From contig JAWKWN010000003.1 of the NCBI GenBank assembly GCA_041397505.1, forward strand, positions 14,508-78,507: a stretch of 64,000 nt of DNA, written 5' to 3'. This document shows, piece by piece, positions 11,532 to 22,662 of this stretch. A program made the position numbers and the translations under genes. The DNA is from Nitratireductor sp. GTDB lineage: Bacteria > Pseudomonadota > Alphaproteobacteria > Rhizobiales > Rhizobiaceae. The number at the start of each line of letters is the position of its first letter. Position 1 is the stretch's first letter. The notes under the pieces were generated by a model. It ran no database searches, was not told the DNA's origin, and saw nothing but the letters and a program-made list of their open reading frames with translations.

Positions 11532-12232
11532 ATGAAATCGTTGAGAAACGGCAGGCAAATGACAGAACCCAGAAGCAGCAAGCCGCGCTTGGTGGCAAAG
11601 CTCGCCACGCTTTCGCGCAAGGCTGCGCCAGTTTTTGTCATGGCGCTCGTCCTCGGCACGGCCGGTCTCGAGGAAGCGGCTGCAACCTCGCCAGAGGAAA
11701 CGGTCAGCGCCTTGAGTGATCATTTCGCCGCAGTGCCAACCATGACTGGCGGGAATTCGCAGTTCAATCCTGATGGACAGCAGACTGGCGGAACCTTTTA
11801 TCTCGAGCGTCCGGGCAGGATCCGTTTCAACTATGAAAGCCGAACCCGGTCGAGGTGATTCGAACGGCAAGACCGTTGCTGTTCACAATCGCAAGCTCAA
11901 GACCTGGATTTCTACCCCTCGACAAGACGCCGCTGAAGCTGCTGCTGGCGGACAAGATTGAGTTTTCGCCCAAAACGGTGCGCTCGGTTACCAACGATAC
12001 CGACATGACCACCATTGTGATGGGTGACGACAAGATTTTCGGCGATTCCGAAATCACCTTGATGTTCGACCCGAATGATTTCGATCTGCGGCAATGGACA
12101 ATCAAGGATGCAAAGGGCGCCGAAACCTCGGTCATGGTGTTCAATGTACAGAAGAACGTCACGATACCGGAAAAGCTTTTCAAGTTTGACGAGCGCCATC
12201 CAGATGCGGCGACTGCAAGGCAATGCCAATAA
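11532..12232 (+). pseudogene. lolA: outer-membrane lipoprotein carrier LolA, four frameshifts within 11836-11918
   Basis: The protein reads IRFNYE | KPNPVEVI | SNGKTVAVHNRKLKTW | DFYP | LDKTPLKLLLADKIEF... only by changing frame at an AAA run, a TT run, a GG run and a CCCC run. Confidence 0.8.
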
Positions 12233-12357
12233 CTGAAATCGTGCAATAGGTGGAATTTGACCCGATCGCACGGACTTGCCTTGTGCAGCCGTGTCATGAC
12301 GGGCAGGTTGCAATCCGGTTTGTCGTCACTGGTCTGGATTGTTAATGGCTCTTTCAA

Positions 12358-13146
12358 TTGCCACCGAACATCAATTCTGTGCGGCTGCGCCAGAATATCG
12401 TGCTCTCCTTCCTTGAAGACAAGCAGCCCGATATCCTGTGTCTGCAGGAGATCAAATGCCAGAATGACCAGTTTCCCGGAAAGGTGTTCCGCAAGCTTGG
12501 TTACGAATATCAGGCGGTGCACGGCCAGAAGGGCTATCATGGCGTCGCGATACTGTCGAAAAGACCAATTGCCGAGACCGAAAGCCGGGACTTTTGCGGC
12601 ATGGGCGACAGCCGCCATGTGAGCGTGACATTTCAGGCGTCAGGCCAGAAGGTCAGGATCCACAATTTCTATGTGCCCGCTGGTGGCGACGAACCCGACG
12701 TCACGATCAATCCGAAATTTGACCACAAGCTGCGTTTCATCGACGAGATGAAATCGGTGCTGGCAAACGAAGGCGGCATTCCTTCGGTGCTGGTCGGGGA
12801 CCTCAATATAGCGCCGCTTGAAAATGATGTCTGGTCGCACAAGCAGATGCTGAAGATCGTTTCGCATACGCCGGTTGAAACAGAAGGCCTGACCGCAGCC
12901 ATGACTGCGGGGGGTTGGCATGATCTCATGCGTCAATTCGTTCCCGCCGACCAGAAACTCTATACTTGGTGGAGCTATCGCGCGCGTGACTGGGAAGTCA
13001 GTGACCGTGGCCGACGGCTCGACCATGTCTGGGCTGCGCCCGAATTGTCGCGGGAATTGAAGGATGTGGAAATCCTGCGCGAGGCGCGAGGCTGGGAAAA
13101 GCCGTCAGACCATGTTCCCGTCATTGCAAGGCTTGATCTCGACTGA
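12358..13146 (+). CDS. xthA: exodeoxyribonuclease III
   Basis: 262-aa ORF (TTG start) with ExoIII/AP-endonuclease motifs (DILCLQEIK, GDLNIAP, SDHVPV). The canonical N-terminus MALSIAT(W)NINS begins at the ATG at 12345 in another frame, so a 5' indel near 12366 is likely. Confidence 0.85.
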   Translation: MPPNINSVRLRQNIVLSFLEDKQPDILCLQEIKCQNDQFPGKVFRKLGYEYQAVHGQKGYHGVAILSKRPIAETESRDFCGMGDSRHVSVTFQASGQKVRIHNFYVPAGGDEPDVTINPKFDHKLRFIDEMKSVLANEGGIPSVLVGDLNIAPLENDVWSHKQMLKIVSHTPVETEGLTAAMTAGGWHDLMRQFVPADQKLYTWWSYRARDWEVSDRGRRLDHVWAAPELSRELKDVEILREARGWEKPSDHVPVIARLDLD

Positions 13147-13151
13147 TCGGC

Positions 13152-13671
13152 CTACCCGGCATCCTCGCCGGATTTCGGGATTGCAAAGCCCTCCAGCTCG
13201 ATGCATCGGCTGAATTTCAAGCCTGGGAATTTCCCCAAGCTTGCCATGGACGCGCGCCACCTGCTCCATGGTTCGTGAAACCGATTGCGAAAGCCGACGA
13301 CATGAGCGCGGCTGTTTCGGGATATTCATTCAACATGCGATGGAACAGGCGCCTGGGTATGCAGTACTTCGCTTTCAACACTGGCAACCGCATTCGAAAT
13401 CCGTCGATTGGCCGTAACGAGCCAACTCGCCCAATAGCGATGCTTCGAGACAGCTGTCGAGGATTATCTCCCTGCCTTCCGCGATAGCATCAGGTCTATT
13501 TGTCCACGCACGACCACATATCCGCCATCGGCTTCTCCTGTCGTGATACAGGACCTGTCCTTGTGAACGCGTTCGCGCTCCGCACCAAAGGCAACCAGCC
13601 GCAACCGCTCGGGCTGAAACCTGGAACAGGTCTACCCGCATCAGCAATTCGATATCACTTTCAAGCCGCAT
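13152..13671 (-). pseudogene. cyclic nucleotide-binding domain protein (Crp-like effector domain only), multiple frameshifts
   Basis: MRLESDIELLMRVDLFQ... FSPERLRLVAFGAERERVHKDRSCITTGEAADGGYVVVRGQIDL... REIILDSCLEASLLGELA... RRLFHRMLNEYPETAA can be read across three frames. The end point at TAG 13152 is inferred. Confidence 0.5.
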
Positions 13672-13694
13672 TGCCGGGCCGGATCATCTGCGTT

Positions 13695-14380
13695 TCACGG
13701 AACAAGCTTGCATCCCCCACCCTCACGGTAACAAGCAGTCTTGCATTGGAAGGGTCTTTTTCGATTTTCTGGCGAAGCCGGTAGATATGGGTTTCGAGCG
13801 TATGCGTGGTGACGCCGGAATTATAGCCCCAGACCTGTTCCAGCAATTCATCGCGCCCGATGACCTTCTGCTCGGCGCGATAAAGATATTTGACGATCGC
13901 GGTTTCCTTTTCGGTCAGGCGGACCTTGGCACCATTCCCCTCGATCAACATTTTCTGTGCAGGCTTGAACGTATAGTGCCCAACTGAAAATACCGCATCT
14001 CGCTTTGTTCATGGGTTCGCAATTGCGGGGCAGTGTATTCTGGCCAGAAGCACCGGCAAAACGGAACGGTCGCGGACATAGTCATTGGCGCCTGCTTCAA
14101 GGCCGAGGATTGTATCCGAATTTGGTGTCGTGACCGGTCAGCATGATGATCGGTGCCCAGTTACCCTTGCGAAGCAGTTTCACCGCCTCGCGTCCGTCCA
14201 TATCCGGCAATCCGACATCCATGATCAGGATATCGACATGCCCATTGCGCGCAGCCTGTACCGCCTTGGCTGCGCTTGCCTCACAATGAATTTCGAATTT
14301 CATAGAGCGAAAGCTGTTCGGTTCAGGGCCTCGCGCAAATCATTGTCATCATCAACGAGCAGAATATGGCGTGCAGTCAT
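13695..14380 (-). pseudogene. OmpR-family response regulator (receiver plus winged helix), at least six frameshifts
   Basis: MTARHILLVDDDNDLREAL | TEQLSLYE | FEIHCEASAAKAVQAARNGHVDILIMDVGLPDMDGREAVKLLRK...IIMLTGHD | DTILGLEAGANDYV | RPFRFA | VLLARI | QLRTHEQSE | DAVFSVGHYTFKPAQKMLIEG...THIYRLRQKIEKDPSNARLLVTV. All pieces are colinear on the minus strand. Confidence 0.8.
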
Positions 14381-14513
14381 GGAAACTCCGGTCAAATATT
14401 CGGTCTGATTCGCAATACGGGCTTTATCAGTCCGCAATATAGGCTATTCAGCAAGTTGCGCAAAGGACAGGCTTTGCTTCGCGCGTAACAGCAGGGTTAC
14501 CGGCTTCGCTATC

Positions 14514-15134
14514 GTGATCACGGTAATTTCAACACACATCAAGTCAGGATCTGTCGTGAAACAGGCAGGATTTGGTTTACCAGGATCGATCAAGGGAAGC
14601 CACAAAGGCCGCAAAAGGCCACCGGAGATCTGGTCACTACGCCGCGCACCCGGTAAGATATGCCATCATGCGATCCTTCTCATTGGCGGCAAGGGAACAT
14701 TCGTGCCCTGCGCTGCGTGATCGGGCGAAGCGGGATAACGGTTTTCACGCGAAGGTGACGGAGCAACACTGGCAGCACAATTGGGTCTCTTGTACATATA
14801 TGAGGCGAGCCTGGCCGGTCCGCAACCGCGAGCTCGGCAATTACCCCGGGCCAAAGTTATGTGATGCACAACTCATTCCTGTTACAACCGCCCGGTCAGA
14901 TTGCCGTTTTCTGCAAGCCATGAAACGCTTCATCGTCCGGATGGACTCTACGATATCTGCCTTGTCCTTGACTGGAATATCGCGCCGAGGCAACGCTATC
15001 GCGGCAGCGCCATCTTTTTCCATCTGGCACGCCAAGGCAGCGAGCCCACCGAGGGCCGTATTGCGGTATCACGCAGGCAAATGGATTTGATCCCGCGCAG
15101 ATTGGCCACCAATACCGTGATCCGCGTCGCGTAA
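14514..15134 (+). pseudogene. small L,D-transpeptidase (YkuD-fold) family protein, multiple frameshifts
   Basis: The C-terminal piece in ORF 14901..15134 (RPDGLYDICLVLDWNIAPRQRYRGSAIFFHLARQGSEPTEGRIAVSRRQMDLIPRL) resembles the short Rhizobiales Ldt-like family. Upstream fragments (TFVPCAL, KREGDG-like) are in other frames. The start position is uncertain. Confidence 0.5.
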
Positions 15135-15138
15135 ACAG

Positions 15139-15800
15139 TTATCGCGTACCGAATATCGCGCTTCCCACCTGAACATGTGTAGCACCAAGAGCCGCTGCAA
15201 TCTCGAAATCGCCGGACATCCCCATCGACAGAATATCCAGCCCGGCCTGACCGGCCAGCTTTGCCAAAAGCGCAAAACGTGGTCCGGGATTTTCATCTGC
15301 TGGTGGAATGCACATCAATCCCGAAATCTCGAGACCGTGCCTGGTTCGGCAGGTCTCGACGAAAGCCACCGCGTCTTTCGGCGATATCCCGGCCCCTTTT
15401 GCGGTTCATCACCGGTATTGACCTGCACAAGCAGTTTGGGATGGCGAATGGCTTGCGCATTTCTGTGGGTAAAGCGCGGTAGCGATCTTCTCGCGATCAA
15501 CCGTCTCGATCACGTCGACAACGCCACGGCTTCCGCCGTCTTGTTGCGCTTGCAATGGCCCGGATCAGGCAATTCGATACGGAAACGCTTCGACGCAGAC
15601 CCGGCCATTTCGATCGTGCCTCCCGGATCGGGCGATTTTCGCCGAATATCCGCTGCCCTGCTCGAGAACCGGCAGGATTTCATCGGCCCCAAAAAGTCTT
15701 GGTCACAGCAACCAGTCGCGTCTTGCCCGTCTGCTGGCCAGCTTCTTTGCAGCCACGTCGATACGGCGAGAATGGAAATGCAGATTTACGACACAGCCAT
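15139..15800 (-). pseudogene. yggS: YggS family pyridoxal-phosphate homeostasis protein, at least five frameshifts
   Basis: Colinear fragments on the minus strand: RIDVAAKEAGQQTGKTRLVAVTKTF, ADEILPVLEQG, IGPLQSNKTAEAVALFDVIETVDREKIA, HPKLLVQVNTGDEPQK, and VAFVETCRTRHGLEISGLMCIPPADENPGPRFALLAKLAGQAGLDILSMGMSGDFEIAAALGATHVQVGSAIFGTR*. Confidence 0.75.
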
Positions 15801-15957
15801 GCATGAAGCATCCGTCCTGTCATTGTCAGGGCGGATCTGATCTCCGCCGGGGTTGTTACGGGCGCTGATGGTGACTTGTGCTGTTGACCCGTGGCAACAA
15901 TTTCTGGTTTGCCTCCCGAACCCGCAAAACGCAACCTTTTTCCCGAAGAACGGCACC

Positions 15958-18537
15958 ATGGCAAGCGAACGCTATAATGCACGAGAAGTTGAACCGCGCT
16001 GGCAGGAATACTGGAGTGCGCAGAAGCTGTTCGAGACACCGGCTGGCCCAGGCGACGGAAGACCGAATTACTACGTGCTTGAGATGTTCCCCTATCCATC
16101 GGGGCGAATTCACATGGGGCATGTTCGCAACTACACGATGGGCGATGTAGTCGCGCGTTACCGCAGGGCAAAGGGCTATAATGTTCTTCATCCCATGGGT
16201 TGGGATGCCTTTGGCATGCCGGCAGAAAATGCCGCGCGCGACAACAAGGTTCATCCCAAGGCCTGGACCTATGAAAACATCGCGACCATGCGCAAGCAGT
16301 TGAAGTCGATGGGCCTTTCGCTGGATTGGTCCCGCGAATTCGCGACCTGTGACGTGGATTACTACCACCGCCAGCAGATGCTGTTCGTCGATTTTCTGGA
16401 AAAGGGCCTTGTCTATCGCAAGAAGTCCAAGGTCAATTGGGATCCCGTCGATCATACTGTCCTTGCCAATGAGCAGGTCATCGATGGTCGTGGCTGGCGC
16501 TCCGGGGCCCTGGTCGAGCAGCGTGAACTCACGCAGTGGTTCTTCCGAATTACCGAGCACAGCCAGGACCTGCTCGATTCTCTCGACAGGCTGGACCAGT
16601 GGCCTGAAAAGGTCCGCACCATGCAGAAGAACTGGATCGGCCGGTCCGAAGGTCTCTTGTTGCGTTGGCAGGTGGTCGGGGCCGATCAGGCACTCGAAGT
16701 CTATACCACGCGGCCGGACACGATTTTCGGTGCCTCCTTCATGGCAATTTCCGCTGACCACCCAATGGCATTGCAGGCAGCAGCTTCCAATCCGGAATTG
16801 GCGGCATTTTGCGAGGAATGTCGTCGCTCTGGCACGTCACTGGCAGCGCTCGAAACGGCGGAGAAAAAAGGCTTCGACACTGGTGTCAGGGTTTGTCATC
16901 CTTTTGACCCGGATTGGACCTTGCCGGTCTATGTCGCCAATTTCGTCTTGATGGATTATGGCACAGGCGCAATCTTCGGCTGCCCTTCGGGCGACCAGCG
17001 GGATCTGGATTTCGCCAACAAATATGGACTTCCGGTAATTCCGGTTGTCGTGCCGCAGGGAGAAGACGCTGCGAGTTTCACCATCACCGAGACGGCCTAT
17101 GAAGGCGATGGGGTGATGATCAATTCCCGTTTTCTCGACGGCATGAAGCCACAGGATGCCTTTGACGAGGTTGCGAACCGCTTGTCAGCGATCAATCTGG
17201 GCAACGCGCCACAGGCCGAACGCAAGGTTCAGTTCCGTTTGCGCGACTGGGGAATATCACGCCAACGCTATTGGGGCTGTCCGATCCCGGTTATTCATTG
17301 CGATAGTTGTGGCGTGGTGCCCGAGAAAAAGGAAAACCTCCCGGTAGTCCTGCCAGATGACGTAGAATTCGACCGTCCGGGCAATCCGCTTGATCGTCAC
17401 CCGACATGGCGCCATGTCAATTGCCCCAAATGCGGGGGCAAGGCGCTGCGCGAAACCGACACGATGGATACCTTTGTCGATTCGTCATGGTATTTCGCCC
17501 GTTTCACCGCGCCCAACGCCTCGACCCCTACCGATCCCGATACCGTGAACGCCTGGTTGCCGGTTGACCAGTATATTGGCGGTATCGAGCACGCGATCCT
17601 GCATCTGTTGTATTCGCGCTTCTTTACCCGGGCCATGCGGGCGACCGGTCACTTGTCGCTGGACGAACCCTTCAAGGGCTTGTTCACACAGGGAATGGTC
17701 GTGCACGAAACCTACAAGGGCAAGAATGGATGGGTCACGCCGGCGGAGATCCGTTTTGAAGGTGAAGGAACAGGCCGCAAGGCCTATCTGACTGTCGATG
17801 GCAGTGAGGTCGCGATCGGTTCCATCGAAAAGATGTCCAAGTCAAAGCGCAATGTCGTTGATCCCGATGACATCATTGCAAGCTATGGTGCTGACACGGC
17901 CCGCTGGTTCATGTTGTCCGATTCACCGCCGGATCGCGACGTCATCTGGACGGAAGCTGGCGTAGAGGGCGCACACCGGTTCGTGCAACGCGTTTGGCGA
18001 CTGGTGAACGATGTCAGTGAAAACACGGAAGCCTCTTCCGGCAGCGGCGATGATATCCTGCGCGCCGCACATCGTGCGCTGGACAAGGTTGATGCCATGA
18101 TTGCCGATTTGCGCTTCAATACCGCCGTGGCGCAGCTTTACACACTGGTCAATACGCTGGAGGACGCCGCCCGCAAGGTTAAGGCAGGTACAGCGCAGCC
18201 GGGACTTTCAACAGCGGTATCCATGCTGGTTCAGATGTTCGCGCCCATGATGCCGCATCTGGCAGAGGAGTGCTGGAAACTGCTGGGTCATGACGGCAGC
18301 GTTGCAGAATCTGCCTGGCCTGTTGCCGATGCTGCACTGGTTGCCGAAAATGAAATCACACTTCCCGTCCAGATCAATGGCAAGAAACGCGCCGATCTGG
18401 TTGTGCCAGCCAATGCATCCCAGGAAGCAATCGTGACTGCCACGCTCGAACTGGATGTGATAAGAAATGCCCTGGCGGGTGCAGCACCCAAGAGGGTCAT
18501 TGTTGTGCCAGGAAGAATCGTCAACGTGGTAGTGTGA
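15958..18537 (+). CDS. leuS: leucine--tRNA ligase
   Basis: Intact ORF. I chose the ATG at 15958 ([19 protein letters not shown]). HIGH-type motif [15 protein letters not shown] and KMSKS are present. Confidence 0.97.
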   Translation: MASERYNAREVEPRWQEYWSAQKLFETPAGPGDGRPNYYVLEMFPYPSGRIHMGHVRNYTMGDVVARYRRAKGYNVLHPMGWDAFGMPAENAARDNKVHPKAWTYENIATMRKQLKSMGLSLDWSREFATCDVDYYHRQQMLFVDFLEKGLVYRKKSKVNWDPVDHTVLANEQVIDGRGWRSGALVEQRELTQWFFRITEHSQDLLDSLDRLDQWPEKVRTMQKNWIGRSEGLLLRWQVVGADQALEVYTTRPDTIFGASFMAISADHPMALQAAASNPELAAFCEECRRSGTSLAALETAEKKGFDTGVRVCHPFDPDWTLPVYVANFVLMDYGTGAIFGCPSGDQRDLDFANKYGLPVIPVVVPQGEDAASFTITETAYEGDGVMINSRFLDGMKPQDAFDEVANRLSAINLGNAPQAERKVQFRLRDWGISRQRYWGCPIPVIHCDSCGVVPEKKENLPVVLPDDVEFDRPGNPLDRHPTWRHVNCPKCGGKALRETDTMDTFVDSSWYFARFTAPNASTPTDPDTVNAWLPVDQYIGGIEHAILHLLYSRFFTRAMRATGHLSLDEPFKGLFTQGMVVHETYKGKNGWVTPAEIRFEGEGTGRKAYLTVDGSEVAIGSIEKMSKSKRNVVDPDDIIASYGADTARWFMLSDSPPDRDVIWTEAGVEGAHRFVQRVWRLVNDVSENTEASSGSGDDILRAAHRALDKVDAMIADLRFNTAVAQLYTLVNTLEDAARKVKAGTAQPGLSTAVSMLVQMFAPMMPHLAEECWKLLGHDGSVAESAWPVADAALVAENEITLPVQINGKKRADLVVPANASQEAIVTATLELDVIRNALAGAAPKRVIVVPGRIVNVVV

Positions 18538-18577
18538 ATTTGACACACTCCATCAAGCGAAGAAGATCGGAAATGTC

Positions 18578-19084
18578 ATGCGAAGCCGGATAGTTGCAAT
18601 TGCCGCAGTCTCAGCAGCTCTGACACTGCAAGCCTGCGTGTTCCAGCCGCTTTACGGCCCATCAGCAGATGGCAGACCGGACATCGCATCGACGCTTTCG
18701 GCAATTACGGTGCCCGAGGTTGACAGCCGCGTGGGCCAACAGGTGCGCAATCGGCTGTTGTTCCTGTTTCAGGGCGGGCGTGGTTCGGCAGCTCCCCAAT
18801 ATGAATTGCGCATCAGGGCTGCAGACGCCAACCGCCAGATCGCCGCTTCACAGCAGGCGCGCACAACGACTGCCGGTACAGTCAGTGTCACGGTTTCCTA
18901 TGACCTGATTGACCTTTCGAACAATACCCGCATCGATGGCGGTAGCCGTGTTGGCAATGCCGCCTATGACCGAACTGCGCAAAGCTTTGCCAATCTTCGC
19001 GCCATTCGCGATGCGGAAAACCGCGCTGCAGTCGAAGTTGCCGAACAGATAAGGCTTGCAGTGGCGGCCAGATTGAGCCGATAG
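18578..19084 (+). CDS. lptE: LPS-assembly lipoprotein LptE
   Basis: 168-aa ORF with a lipoprotein signal (LTLQAC). It has the conserved position between leuS and holA. Confidence 0.8.
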   Translation: MRSRIVAIAAVSAALTLQACVFQPLYGPSADGRPDIASTLSAITVPEVDSRVGQQVRNRLLFLFQGGRGSAAPQYELRIRAADANRQIAASQQARTTTAGTVSVTVSYDLIDLSNNTRIDGGSRVGNAAYDRTAQSFANLRAIRDAENRAAVEVAEQIRLAVAARLSR

Positions 19085-19089
19085 CAGCA

Positions 19090-20124
19090 ATGGCCGAAAT
19101 CAAGGCAGGTCAGGCCGAGCAGTTTGTTTCGAAACCGGACACCAGATTTCGTACTTTCCTGGTCTACGGACCTGACAGCGGAATGGTCAGTGAGCGGGCC
19201 GACATCCTTGCCAAGGGTTTCGGCATCGACCTTGATGATCCCTTCTCGCTCGTGCGGATGGATGCCGACAACGCAGCCGCTGACAAGGCCAGCATTGCCG
19301 ACGAGGCACATACAATTGGCATGTTTGGTGGCTCCAGGCTGATCAGGATATCCGGGACAACGAGGAGAAACCTGACCGACGCGCTGCAGGCGGTGCTCGA
19401 TCACCCGCCAAGTGACTGCTGGATCATTCTCGAGGCTGGCGATCTGAAACGCGAGGCAGCGCTTCGCAAGGCAGTGGAAAAATCATCGAGCGGTGTCGCG
19501 ATTCCCTGCTATGCCGACAATGATGCTGCACTCGACAGGCTGATCAAGAACGAACTCGCTGCCCATGACCTGAAGATTGACAATGATGCGCGGCTCGCTT
19601 TGCGCTCCCAACTGGGCGCAGACCGGATGGCATCGCGCAATGAAATCACCAAGCTCGCGCTCTATTGCCATGGGCAGCAGACAGTGCGGTTGGAAGACGT
19701 CATGGCGGTGGTCGGGGATGTGGCGGCGTTCCAGGGCGACGACCTGATAGACGCGGCCGCGACCGGCAATCTGGCAAGGCTTGAAGAATTGCTGCGCCGG
19801 CTGCCAGATGCAGGCCTGGCACCGGACATGCTGATACTGGCCTGCCTGCGGCACTTCCAGACGCTGCAATTCATTCGTCACCAGATGGACAACCAGAAAA
19901 AACCGATTCAGGCGGTCCTCGGCTCCATACGCCCACCGCTGCATTTTTCCCGCAAGGATGCGATGTCTTCGGCTTTGGCAAAATGGAGCGGGGAGCGGAT
20001 ACAGCGGGCGATCACAAGGCTCGACCAGGCGCAATTCCAGTGCCGTGCCAATGCCGAGCTGGGCCTCTCACTCGCCGGGACAGCCCTTCTGGCACTGGCG
20101 CTGGAAGCAAGTCGCCGTCGCTGA
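19090..20124 (+). CDS. holA: DNA polymerase III subunit delta
   Basis: 344-aa intact ORF with the HolA-like N-terminus (FLVYGPDSGMVSERA) and leuS-lptE-holA synteny. Confidence 0.85.
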   Translation: MAEIKAGQAEQFVSKPDTRFRTFLVYGPDSGMVSERADILAKGFGIDLDDPFSLVRMDADNAAADKASIADEAHTIGMFGGSRLIRISGTTRRNLTDALQAVLDHPPSDCWIILEAGDLKREAALRKAVEKSSSGVAIPCYADNDAALDRLIKNELAAHDLKIDNDARLALRSQLGADRMASRNEITKLALYCHGQQTVRLEDVMAVVGDVAAFQGDDLIDAAATGNLARLEELLRRLPDAGLAPDMLILACLRHFQTLQFIRHQMDNQKKPIQAVLGSIRPPLHFSRKDAMSSALAKWSGERIQRAITRLDQAQFQCRANAELGLSLAGTALLALALEASRRR

Positions 20125-20184
20125 AAACATATAACCCTATTGAATTAATTGAGGTAATTCAGACAACCAACTGGAAAGGGCGCG

Positions 20185-21089
20185 TCAGATACCGCTTTCA
20201 GCTTGCGGCAGACCGAGATCCAGTTGCTCCAGGGTGCGATAGCCGAATCTTCAGATCACCACCGCCCTTGCCATTGTCGGATATGCTGATCTTCCAGCCC
20301 CAGAATATCACCCAGCCTCCGTTCCAGCGCTTCAATATCGGCGTCCCGGACCGCTGCCTTGGAACCGGCACGGCTTGCACCGGGCTTTTCCCCATCCTGC
20401 TGGGCAAGTGCTTCTGCCTGCCGGACCGAAAGGCCGTCAGGACGATTTTCTGAGCCAGTTGCTCGGGAGCATCCGCAGTGACCAGTGTTCTGGCATGGCC
20501 AGCCGAAAGGACACCTTCCGACACCTGTTGCGCACGCTTTCCGGCGAATTTCATCAAACGCAGCGTATTGGCGACATGGCTTCGCTCTTGCCAATGACGG
20601 TTTGCTGGTCATTCTGGCTGTAGTCATATTCGTATCGATCAGCTGCTGATAGCCTTGCGCTTCTTCGATCGCATTGAGATCGGAGCGTTGAACATTCTCG
20701 ATGATGGCAAGTTCCAGCGCCTGCTTGTCTTCGACATCCCGCAGGATGACCGGAACCTCGTGCAAACCTGCGCGTTGCGCAGCGCGCCAGCGCCGTTCAC
20801 CGGCAATGATCTCGAATTTTGCCCCACCCAGATCACCGCCCTTGACGGGACGCACCAGGATCGGCTGCACAATTCCATGTTCTGAAATCGAACGTGTCAG
20901 ATCCGCAAGTTCATCCTCGTTGAAATGGCGACGCGGATTGGAAGGGTTTGCGCGGATATGTTCTATCGGAATCCGCCGGTCTGAGCGTGTATCAACCACT
21001 TCCCGGCTTGCCGGTGCAGGCTGGTCGAGTTCACCGATAAGTGCGGCAAGTCCGCGGCCCAGTCGCTTTTTCGAATTATCTTCGGCCAT
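20185..21089 (-). pseudogene. parB: chromosome partitioning protein ParB, about five frameshifts
   Basis: MAEDNSKKRLGRGLAALIG...IIAGERRWRAAQRAGLHEVPVI...GYQQLID | YEYDYSQNDQQTVIGKS | RSHVANTLRLMKFAG...SAGHARTLV...QKIVL | DGLSVRQAEAL... | KISISDNGKGGGDLKIR | YRTLEQLD. The exact stop is uncertain (20140-20200). Confidence 0.85.
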
Positions 21090-21148
21090 CAAAACGGCTC
21101 TCCGCATTCATCAAATTTGTTTCGCAGGCGAATCGCCCGGTTGTTTCA

Positions 21149-21952
21149 CTACGCAGCAATCAGCTTGCGCTCGCGCTTGATCACTTCCGAGGCAAGCTTG
21201 AGATAGGCCTGGCTGCCGGGGCATTTCAGGTCATACAGGATTGCAGGTTTTCCATAGGAAGGTGCCTCCGATATCCGGACATTGCGCGGAATGATGGTCT
21301 GGTAAACCTTGTCACCCATGAAGGAACGAACATCCTCGACAACCTGCGAGGCAAGATTGTTGCGGCTGTCGAACATGGTCAGGACAATGCCATGCAGTTC
21401 AAGTTCAGGATTGATGGTCGCACGCACTTCATTGAAGGTCTGCAACAACTGGCTCAAGCCTTCCAGCGCAAAGAATTCGCATTGCAACGGCACGAGCAGT
21501 GAATTGGCCGCTGCCATGGCGTTTGACCGTCAGGAGGTTCAGTGACGGCGGACAATCGATCAGGACATAATCGAAATGGCTTCCGGAGGCGTCATACTCT
21601 TCGATCGACTTGCAGATCCGGAATGCCCGATCGCCAAGCCCGGCGATTTCCATTTCCACTCAAGAAGGTCAAGCGTGGAAGGCGCGACAAAAAGCCTTGG
21701 TACCGCCGTCGGCGTGACAGCCTCGGCAAGCGTTGCGTTTCCGGTCAGCAGGTCATAGGTCGATACAGGACGGTTGTTCTTGTCGATCCCCAAACCGGTG
21801 GAAGCGTTTCCCTGTGGGTCAAGGTCAATGATCAATGCAGTCTTGCCCACTGCAGCCAATGCTGTCGCCAGATTGATGGCGGTTGTGGTCTTTCCCACAC
21901 CACCTTTCTGGTTTGCAATCGTGATGACGCGAGACTTTGTCTTGCTTCCCAT
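21149..21952 (-). pseudogene. parA: chromosome partitioning ATPase ParA, two frameshifts near 21520 and 21655
   Basis: Three colinear ORFs (21560..21952, 21429..21659, 21149..21517). Walker [24 protein letters not shown] and LVPLQCEFFALEGLSQLL are all present. Confidence 0.9.
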
Positions 21953-21966
21953 GGTTCAGGCCATAC

Positions 21967-22659
21967 TCAACTTGCTTCGTCGGTGCGTGAGCCAACGCCA
22001 GACTTGGCGGGACCCTTGGCAACCGGATTTCTGATTTCCAGGAGCACCGAACCACTCTCGATCCGGCTCTCATGTATTACCAGATCGAACCCCCACAGAC
22101 CACGGCAATATTCGAGTTCGGTCCGGAATTCACGACCTTTGTGGAAGACGGCAACAGTTTCGCCATTCATCATCGGAGCAGCAAGATCGAGCAATTTGGC
22201 GAGCGGTGCGAGGGCTCTTGCGGTAATGACCTGAAACTCTCCTGCTTGTATTTGTTTCGTGGCCGACTCGATACGATCATTGATCACGACAATCGGCGTC
22301 CCGGTTTTTCTGGCCGCCTCCCTGAGAAAAGCGCACTTTTTGTGATTGGATTCGACTAGAACATGTCGTCCAAACGTTTCGGGGGAGTCACAAGCGCGCT
22401 TGATTGCAATCGGCAGGGCGGGAAATCCGCCGCCGCTGCCCAGATCAATCCAGTTCTTGGCATTTGGTGTAATTGCCAAACATTGCAGACTGTCCGCCAC
22501 ATGCCTGGTCCAAAAGGCATTCAGGGTAGCCGGTGAGACAAGATTGGTCTTGGCTTGCCACTGACGTAGCAGGGTTTCATATTCCTGCAATCGCGAAAAT
22601 GTTTCACGTGAAACAGGATAAATCCTGTTCAGCGCCGATAATGTCTGTTCAACCTGCAT
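21967..22659 (-). CDS. rsmG: 16S rRNA (guanine527-N7)-methyltransferase RsmG
   Basis: 230-aa intact ORF with the VSRET N-terminal motif and the SAM-binding DLGSGGGFP. It lies between parA and mnmG. Confidence 0.9.
   Translation of the reverse strand: MQVEQTLSALNRIYPVSRETFSRLQEYETLLRQWQAKTNLVSPATLNAFWTRHVADSLQCLAITPNAKNWIDLGSGGGFPALPIAIKRACDSPETFGRHVLVESNHKKCAFLREAARKTGTPIVVINDRIESATKQIQAGEFQVITARALAPLAKLLDLAAPMMNGETVAVFHKGREFRTELEYCRGLWGFDLVIHESRIESGSVLLEIRNPVAKGPAKSGVGSRTDEAS
22600..22615. repeat. perfect 16-bp palindrome TGTTTCACGTGAAACA inside the 5' end of rsmG
   Basis: Read directly. It encodes P-V-S-R-E-T-F of RsmG using the codons GTT TCA CGT GAA ACA. Confidence 0.9.
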
Positions 22660-22662
22660 TGT

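Noticed and set aside
15856-16761. 301-aa ORF antisense to leuS
   Set aside because: It lies entirely within the strongly supported leuS coding region. Its low-complexity composition is typical of shadow ORFs in GC-rich coding DNA.
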